Assembly (NCBI GenBank): GCA_023134715.1
Contig: JAGLUP010000003.1
Location: 99,014-163,013 of the forward strand
Origin: Candidatus Parcubacteria bacterium
Lineage (GTDB): Bacteria > Patescibacteriota > Minisyncoccia > Minisyncoccales > JAGLUP01
Direction of reading: 5' to 3'
Length of the DNA stretch: 64,000 nucleotides
Shown here: positions 59,109-64,000 of the stretch, piece by piece
How the letters are laid out: every line of letters begins with the position of its first letter
Numbering within the stretch: the stretch's first letter is position 1
Position numbers and translations under genes: made by a program
The notes under the pieces: model-generated
The model's database searches: none
What the model was told of the DNA's origin: nothing
What the model saw: the letters and a program-made list of their open reading frames with translations, nothing else

Positions 59109-59200
59109 GGTTATTTAGTTTTCCACAGTTATAATATTTGACCGATACAGGCCTTTAATTTATAATGTAAGAAAGGTTTATTATAATTAAATTTAAAACT

Positions 59201-60400
59201 ATGGATTTTTCAATTTTAAATAAAATTTCAAAAAATAAATATTTCACTCCTATTTTAATAGGAATAATAATTGCTTTAGCAGGAGTTTTAATAGGGTCGT
59301 CAATGAATAAAGAAAATAAGGAAGCTGGAGAAGAGGCAGAAAGCAAGACGGTAGAATTAAAAGAAAAAAAGAGTTTAAAGGGCTTATTATTTGGCCAAAA
59401 AGAATTTAGTTTAAAATATAATGATATGGATGGTTCTTTAGTGGAAAACATTAGTTTTTTTGAAGCCGGTGAAAACTGGCAGGGGCATGGATTTTTGGAT
59501 TGGAGAACTTTTTATCAAGGGAAAAGCAGTATAGGGGCAACAAGCAACAATCATAGTAAAGAAATTATTTTTTTAGAAAAGGATTTAGATTTATCAAATT
59601 TAAAAATCATAGAATTTTATATATCTCTAAGCGACATTCAATCATTAGAGTCGGTTGTAATTAAACTTGGAGATTTATCATTGGCTAATTATTATTTTTA
59701 TTCTTTGTCAAATCTGCGGGATGGTTGGAATATTATCAGAGTTCCTCAAGACCAATTTATTCTTAACAAAGCCGTTCCAGAATTTAGCTGGAAAGACATT
59801 AAAAAAATTCAATTTGAGGTTGTTTCTCGGCCAGGCACCACATTAGTGGCTAATTTTGATTATTTGACTGTTCAAAATGATATTAGCTATTTAGATAAAT
59901 GGAAGACTGTAGATGATAATTTTTTAAGTTTAGGCAAGCACGATAATAAAATATTTTTATTAGCTAGAAACGAAGGCGCTTTGCAGGCGACTTTATCTGG
60001 AATAAGCGGAGATAATTTTAATTTTCAGGCAAGTTTTATTCCTAAAACAGGGGGGGCGATGGGATTGTTTTTTAGAGGTAATTATGGAAATAATAAGGGT
60101 TACTATTTATTAGCTGATGGTTTTAATACAAATTCCTGCACCTTAAAGAAATTAGGAGTTAAGGGATGGAAAGAGTTAGCCACTACTGATATAGCTAATT
60201 TTGTTTTTGAGAAAGATGAAAAATATTGGCTAAAAGTTGAGACAAAGGGCGAAAAAATAACTGGCTTTCTTTCTGTTGATGGTGAAAGCTTTACTGAATT
60301 ATTTAGTGTAAGCGATAGTGAATTTTCTATTGGCGGAATGGGAATCTCTGTTTTTGGCAGAGGTTATGGTTTTTTTGACGATTTTAAGTTTAAGCAATAA
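59201..60400 (+). CDS. Membrane-anchored surface protein with C-terminal ConA/LamG-like jelly-roll (DUF1080-like) domain
   Basis: N-terminal TM (YFTPILIGIIIALAGVLIG). C-terminal GAMGLFFRGN..GYYLLADG...WLKVETKGEKITGF...FDDFKF pattern typical of DUF1080/LamG-like domains. Confidence 0.35.
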   Translation: MDFSILNKISKNKYFTPILIGIIIALAGVLIGSSMNKENKEAGEEAESKTVELKEKKSLKGLLFGQKEFSLKYNDMDGSLVENISFFEAGENWQGHGFLDWRTFYQGKSSIGATSNNHSKEIIFLEKDLDLSNLKIIEFYISLSDIQSLESVVIKLGDLSLANYYFYSLSNLRDGWNIIRVPQDQFILNKAVPEFSWKDIKKIQFEVVSRPGTTLVANFDYLTVQNDISYLDKWKTVDDNFLSLGKHDNKIFLLARNEGALQATLSGISGDNFNFQASFIPKTGGAMGLFFRGNYGNNKGYYLLADGFNTNSCTLKKLGVKGWKELATTDIANFVFEKDEKYWLKVETKGEKITGFLSVDGESFTELFSVSDSEFSIGGMGISVFGRGYGFFDDFKFKQ

Positions 60401-60420
60401 ATCAGCAGAAATGAAAAGGA

Positions 60421-60948
60421 ATGAAAAATCAAAAATTATCGTTACAAAACGAATTAAGAAAATTTGTTAATTCAATAATAAACCATCCCTATAAAGCATT
60501 AGTGGTGGTTTTTATTTTTTGGTTTTTGGTGTGGCATTGGGGTTTTGAAGCGAGTTTTTTTATAACATTATTTTTTTTATTTTTATTATTAAGATTAGAT
60601 TGCAGGATTTTAATTTTTTTTGCTTTATTGTTTTTAATCAGCTGTCCTTTTTATTTAATTTTAGGAAAAGAATTCCGCGCCGAACAGATGGCGATTTACG
60701 CTTATTATTTATTATTTATAGGAGTGATTTTGGCTCTGATTGAGTGTAAAAGACAACCAGAGGATTTTGAAGAGTTTGAGAAAATAGATAAAGAAAAGGC
60801 GAAAGCAGCAAGTAAAACAGAAATTAAAAAAAAGAAGAAAAAGAAGAAGGAAAAGGAAAAGAAACCCAAAGAATCAGTAAAAAAATCAACCCGCCGAAAG
60901 TCCTTCGGACAATCAGGCGGGCAAGAAAACTTCAAAAAAAGCGAATAG
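60421..60948 (+). CDS. Small three-TM membrane protein with a Lys-rich C-terminal tail
   Basis: Three hydrophobic helices, then KKKKKKKKEKEKKPKESVKK encoded by a purine-rich low-complexity tract (60829-60870). Confidence 0.35.
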   Translation: MKNQKLSLQNELRKFVNSIINHPYKALVVVFIFWFLVWHWGFEASFFITLFFLFLLLRLDCRILIFFALLFLISCPFYLILGKEFRAEQMAIYAYYLLFIGVILALIECKRQPEDFEEFEKIDKEKAKAASKTEIKKKKKKKKEKEKKPKESVKKSTRRKSFGQSGGQENFKKSE

Positions 60949-60961
60949 TGAAAAATAAATT

Positions 60962-62620
60962 ATGATTTTTGAAAAACTAATTTTTTGGTTTAAGAAAAGA
61001 AACAGAATTATTTATTTGACATATAGCGCTTTGGCGCTTATTGTTTTACTGCCCTTACTAAGGTCGGGCTATGTTTTTGCAATGGACATGGTTTTTGTGC
61101 CTCATTTAACTTGGCCAGAACCGTTTAATGCTCCTGGCTTTTTTTTATATTTGTTGAATTTTATTTTACCCAGCCAAATCATTCAAAAGATTATTCTTTT
61201 TTTGATTTTGTTTTTGTCTGGGGTCGGGATGCACAGATTGATTCCAGTCAAAAGCGAGTTGCCTAAATATTTTGCAGGCGTATTTTATATTTTTAATCCC
61301 TTTGTTTACTCTCGTTTTCTTTTTGGGCATTTATGGCTGTTAGCGGTTTACGCCTTGATGCCTTTTGCGGTTAAGGCGATTTTTACTTTTTTAGATAATA
61401 TTAATCTTCGCAATGCTTTAAAATTAAGCTTATGGTTTACGTTTATTGGTTTTATTAGTAATCATTTTATTGTTTTCGCATTTTTGTTTTTTATAATTGC
61501 TTTTTTATTTGAGCTTTGGAAAGAAAGGAGATATCGCAAAGAGATTTTTAAAATGTTTAAATACGCAATCCTTGTTGGTTTAATTTTTTTGATTTTGTCC
61601 GGCTGGTGGATTGCGCCATATTTTGATAAAACATTACCTCAAGGCCGGTATATTCAAGAAATTGTTGGGACAGGAGATTTAACAGTTTTCCAAACAGAGT
61701 CAGATACTAAGTACGGTGTATTATGCAACGTAGCGGCTCTATATGGCTTCTGGGGCGATAGAATGGGGCAATACACGGTTCCCAAGGAGATAATGCCTCA
61801 TTGGCCCTTATTGTTTTTAATCATTTTTAGCTTGGTGACTTTGGGGGCAATAAGCGCTTTTAGAAAAAATAAATTTAAAGCAGGGATATTTATAATAATA
61901 GCAGGAGTAGCATTTGTCTTGTCCGTAGGTATGTCCTATCAATTTTTTGCTCCAATAATAGAATTTTTAAATGAAAAGATTTTTATTTTCAAGGGATTCA
62001 GGGATTCTCAGAAATTCACCGCTCTTTTAGTTTTGACTTACGCTTATTTCGGCGCTTTAGGGATTAATAGCATACTTAAAAGTTCAAAGCTCAAAGTTCA
62101 AAGCTCAAAATTGATATTAACTGCTTTTTTAATAGCGCTTCCTGTCCTTTATTCGCCTTTAATGATTTGGGGATTCAGGGGTCAGCTTTGCGCTTCTCAT
62201 TATCCTCAAGATTGGTTTGCAACAAATGAGTTTTTAAATCAAGACAAGGAAGATTTTAAGGTTTTGTTTTTCCCTTGGCATCAATATATGTCATTTGGTT
62301 TTACCAAGAATAGAGTAATAGCTAGCCCGGCTCCAAAATTTTTTGATAAACAAGTTATTGCCGGAGACAATATGGAAATAGGAAAAATTTATACTCACAG
62401 TCAAAGGCCTATTTCTCAATTTATTGAGAATCAGGTTTTAGCAAAGCGGCAAGAGATTGATAACTTAGGCGAGATTTTGGCGTCTTATAATCTCAAGTAT
62501 ATTATTTTAGCCAAAGAAGCTGACTGGCAGGAATATGATTTTTTAAACGTGCAGAAAGATTTAGAAATAATTAATGATTATGAGAACCTTATAATTTATC
62601 AAAACAAAGTTTGGGAATAA
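60962..62620 (+). CDS. Polytopic membrane protein (about 12 TM), possible GT-C-type glycosyltransferase or polymerase; function unknown
   Basis: 552 aa. N-terminal two-thirds hydrophobic helices, soluble C-terminal ~130 aa. Contains a short tandem nucleotide repeat (caaagctcaaagtt x2, ~62083-62113). Confidence 0.3.
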   Translation: MIFEKLIFWFKKRNRIIYLTYSALALIVLLPLLRSGYVFAMDMVFVPHLTWPEPFNAPGFFLYLLNFILPSQIIQKIILFLILFLSGVGMHRLIPVKSELPKYFAGVFYIFNPFVYSRFLFGHLWLLAVYALMPFAVKAIFTFLDNINLRNALKLSLWFTFIGFISNHFIVFAFLFFIIAFLFELWKERRYRKEIFKMFKYAILVGLIFLILSGWWIAPYFDKTLPQGRYIQEIVGTGDLTVFQTESDTKYGVLCNVAALYGFWGDRMGQYTVPKEIMPHWPLLFLIIFSLVTLGAISAFRKNKFKAGIFIIIAGVAFVLSVGMSYQFFAPIIEFLNEKIFIFKGFRDSQKFTALLVLTYAYFGALGINSILKSSKLKVQSSKLILTAFLIALPVLYSPLMIWGFRGQLCASHYPQDWFATNEFLNQDKEDFKVLFFPWHQYMSFGFTKNRVIASPAPKFFDKQVIAGDNMEIGKIYTHSQRPISQFIENQVLAKRQEIDNLGEILASYNLKYIILAKEADWQEYDFLNVQKDLEIINDYENLIIYQNKVWE

Positions 62621-62709
62621 ATTTAGATAAAAGAGTTATCCACAGTTTGACCTGTTGTTTTGCTTTTAGATTTTTATTATACTAAATAATAGCTGCAGAA
62701 TATTTTGAT

Positions 62710-62766
62710 AAAAGTTTTTTCTCAGTTGGGCCCTTTCTTAAGGTCTGAGAAAAAACCTTTAATTTT
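62710..62766. terminator. Intrinsic terminator / long hairpin
   Basis: AAAAGTTTTTTCTCAG-(19-nt loop with inner GGGCCC)-CTGAGAAAAAACCTTT (15-16 bp stem), followed by aattttt. Confidence 0.5.
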
Positions 62767-62819
62767 TCGGTCGACTGTGGTTTTTATAAATTTGAAATAT
62801 TATACTTATGGAGGAACAA

Positions 62820-63719
62820 ATGAAAAATTCTAAAAAATGGCAAACAGCAACAGGAGTTTTAATTGTTGCTGGATTTGTTGCTGTTAGCTTATTAAGCGTG
62901 CCTGTCTTGTCTTTAGTAAGCGTAGCTTTTGGTTACGGCGGAGGTGGAGGCGCTGCCGGTGATACTATGGCGCCTATAATCAGCAATATTGAAGCTGTGG
63001 TCAGCGACAATGACGCTGTTATTACATGGGGCACCCATGAATCATCTATTTCTTGGGTGGTTTATGGAACAGACACTGATTATGGTTCAGAGGTAAAAAC
63101 AACCAGTTATACAGTTTCTCATTCGGTAACCTTGGGAGACCTTGTTTCTGGAACAACCTATCACTATCAGGTGAAATCAAAAGATAGTTCAGGAAACATA
63201 GGAACTTATACTGATAAAACATTTACTACTACAGGTGAAGCCGGAGAAGTAGTAGAAGAAGATGAGGAAGAAGGTGAAGCCGGAGAGGAAGAAGGTGAAG
63301 GCGATGGCGAAGCAGAAGAGGAGAAACCAATTTCAGAAATGACTATCCCAGAACTTCAGGCAAAAATTGTTGAAATAACAGCTCTTATTGCTCAACTTCA
63401 AGCGCAATTAGCAGGAACAACTGTTGCTGGTTGTACGATTACCAGCTTTGATAGAAATTTGAGCCAAGGAATGGCTGGCGACGATGTTAAATGTCTGCAG
63501 ATTGTGTTAAACACTGCTTCTGATACTCAAATAGCTGATTCAGGCGTAGGTTCTCCTGGAAGCGAAACCACTTACTTTGGTCCATTGACTAAAGCAGGCG
63601 TTATTAAGTTTCAGGAAAAATACGCTGATGAAATTTTAGCTTCTTGGGGATTAACTTCAGGAACAGGTCTTGTTGGTTCTACCACGAGAGCTAAGCTTAA
63701 TCAGATTTTAGCGGAATAG
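62820..63719 (+). CDS. Secreted/anchored protein with an FN3-like beta-sandwich, an acidic Glu-rich linker, a coiled-coil and a C-terminal PG_binding_1-like domain
   Basis: GGAGG (62810-62814) sits 5 nt before the ATG at 62820. Signal/anchor helix TGVLIVAGFVAVSLLSVPVLSL. ITWGT..YGTDTDYG..TYHYQVKSKDSSGN is FN3/PAP-N-like. EEDEEEGEAGEEEGEGDGEAEEE linker. C-terminal MAGDDVKCLQIVL...YFGPLTKAGVIKFQEKY is PG-binding-like. Confidence 0.6.
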   Translation: MKNSKKWQTATGVLIVAGFVAVSLLSVPVLSLVSVAFGYGGGGGAAGDTMAPIISNIEAVVSDNDAVITWGTHESSISWVVYGTDTDYGSEVKTTSYTVSHSVTLGDLVSGTTYHYQVKSKDSSGNIGTYTDKTFTTTGEAGEVVEEDEEEGEAGEEEGEGDGEAEEEKPISEMTIPELQAKIVEITALIAQLQAQLAGTTVAGCTITSFDRNLSQGMAGDDVKCLQIVLNTASDTQIADSGVGSPGSETTYFGPLTKAGVIKFQEKYADEILASWGLTSGTGLVGSTTRAKLNQILAE

Positions 63720-63739
63720 ATTTTATTGTAATAAAAAAA

Positions 63740-63766
63740 CTGCCAGAGGATTTCTGGCAGTTTTTT
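63740..63766. terminator. Bidirectional intrinsic terminator between convergent genes
   Basis: CTGCCAGA-ggatt-TCTGGCAG hairpin flanked by an A-run (63733-63739) and TTTTTT (63761-63766). Confidence 0.75.
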
Positions 63767-64000
63767 AGTTAATCAAAAGTTTTAATTTGTTAATTATGTT
63801 TTCAATGTCTTTTTTATTGTAATGGCTTTGGAGAGGGAAGTTAATAATTCGTTGAGCTATTTCTATAGTATTTGGAAATTCAGCGAGGTTAAGATTATAT
63901 TTCTTTTGAACTTCAGGATTTAAAATAATTGGCGTGTGCCAAATTCGGGTGCAGAAAATTTTATATTTTCTTAATTTTTTAACCAAGACATCTCTGTTTA
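63765..64000 (-). CDS. C-terminal fragment of a DegT-family aminotransferase-like protein on the minus strand; N-terminus lies beyond the window edge
   Basis: Frame is open to nt 64000. ..RDVLVKKLRKYKIFCTRIWHTPIILNPEVQKKYNLNLAEFPNTIEIAQRIINFPL..KKDIENII resembles the conserved DegT C-terminus. Confidence 0.4.
   Translation of the reverse strand, partial: NRDVLVKKLRKYKIFCTRIWHTPIILNPEVQKKYNLNLAEFPNTIEIAQRIINFPLQSHYNKKDIENIINKLKLLIN

Noticed and set aside
59146-59170. CCTTT-(15 nt)-AAAGG hairpin after sat, considered as a terminator
   Set aside because: Only a 5-bp stem with a long loop and no clear U-run, so too weak to call.
60829-60870. Purine-rich A/G tract considered as a programmed-frameshift or slippery site
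   Set aside because: It simply encodes the Lys/Glu-rich C-terminal tail in frame up to the stop. There is no downstream overlapping ORF to shift into.
62083-62113. Tandem 14-15-nt repeat (caaagctcaaagtt x2), checked as a possible CRISPR or microsatellite
   Set aside because: Only two units, located inside a coding region (encodes SSKLKVQSSKL), with no spacer structure. No CRISPR arrays anywhere in the window.
62634-62642. Exact DnaA-box 9-mer TTATCCACA in the intergenic region before the last secreted-protein gene
   Set aside because: A single copy only. A specific 9-mer is expected about 0.5 times by chance in 64 kb on two strands. There is no cluster of boxes, no AT-rich DUE arrangement and no dnaA/dnaN nearby, so it is not an origin.
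1-64000. Search for mobile elements (transposase, integrase, recombinase, terminal inverted repeats) and for rRNA/tRNA genes
   Set aside because: No ORF shows DDE/HTH transposase, tyrosine or serine recombinase signatures. No flanking direct repeats or RNA-gene-like conserved blocks were seen.

Overview
AT-rich, gene-dense bacterial window. Coding density is above 90%, there are many 4 to 20 nt start/stop overlaps, and intrinsic terminators appear only where strand orientation switches. Almost the whole window (about 1 to 59,100) is one co-directional (+ strand) cell-envelope glycan biosynthesis megalocus. It contains enzymes for at least six activated-sugar routes: NeuC-like 2-epimerase with an acetyltransferase and a CBS-aminotransferase, CDP-3,6-dideoxyhexose, dTDP-rhamnose (rmlABCD-like), GDP-fucose (gmd/fcl), UDP-xylose (uxs), and UDP-ManNAc (wecB) together with a WbpB/WbpE-like amino-sugar branch. 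It also has five DegT-family aminotransferases, about nine GT2/GT4 glycosyltransferases, two TagF-like glycerophosphotransferases, two Wzx-like flippases, a PglC-like priming phosphoglycosyl transferase, a PglF-like 4,6-dehydratase, and two large GT-C/YfhO-like membrane proteins. Embedded in it are three B12-binding radical SAM enzymes plus a radical SAM/SPASM enzyme, a candidate cobalamin-capture pair (DUF4430-like protein plus a 6-TM protein), an orphan TPP-dependent E1 alpha/beta pair, and an ATP-grasp ligase. At the distal end sit an ATP sulfurylase and a divergent pyruvate-kinase-family gene. Two short minus-strand insertions interrupt the locus, one a small membrane protein plus a PP2C phosphatase and the other a GC-richer hypothetical gene. 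The 3' end encodes secreted or cell-wall-associated proteins, two of which share a C-terminal coiled-coil plus PG_binding_1 module. No rRNA, tRNA, CRISPR array, transposase or integrase was recognised. The taxonomic guess (Patescibacteria/CPR-like) rests only on composition and gene content. All functional calls come from motif-level reading of the translated ORFs, with no database searches.
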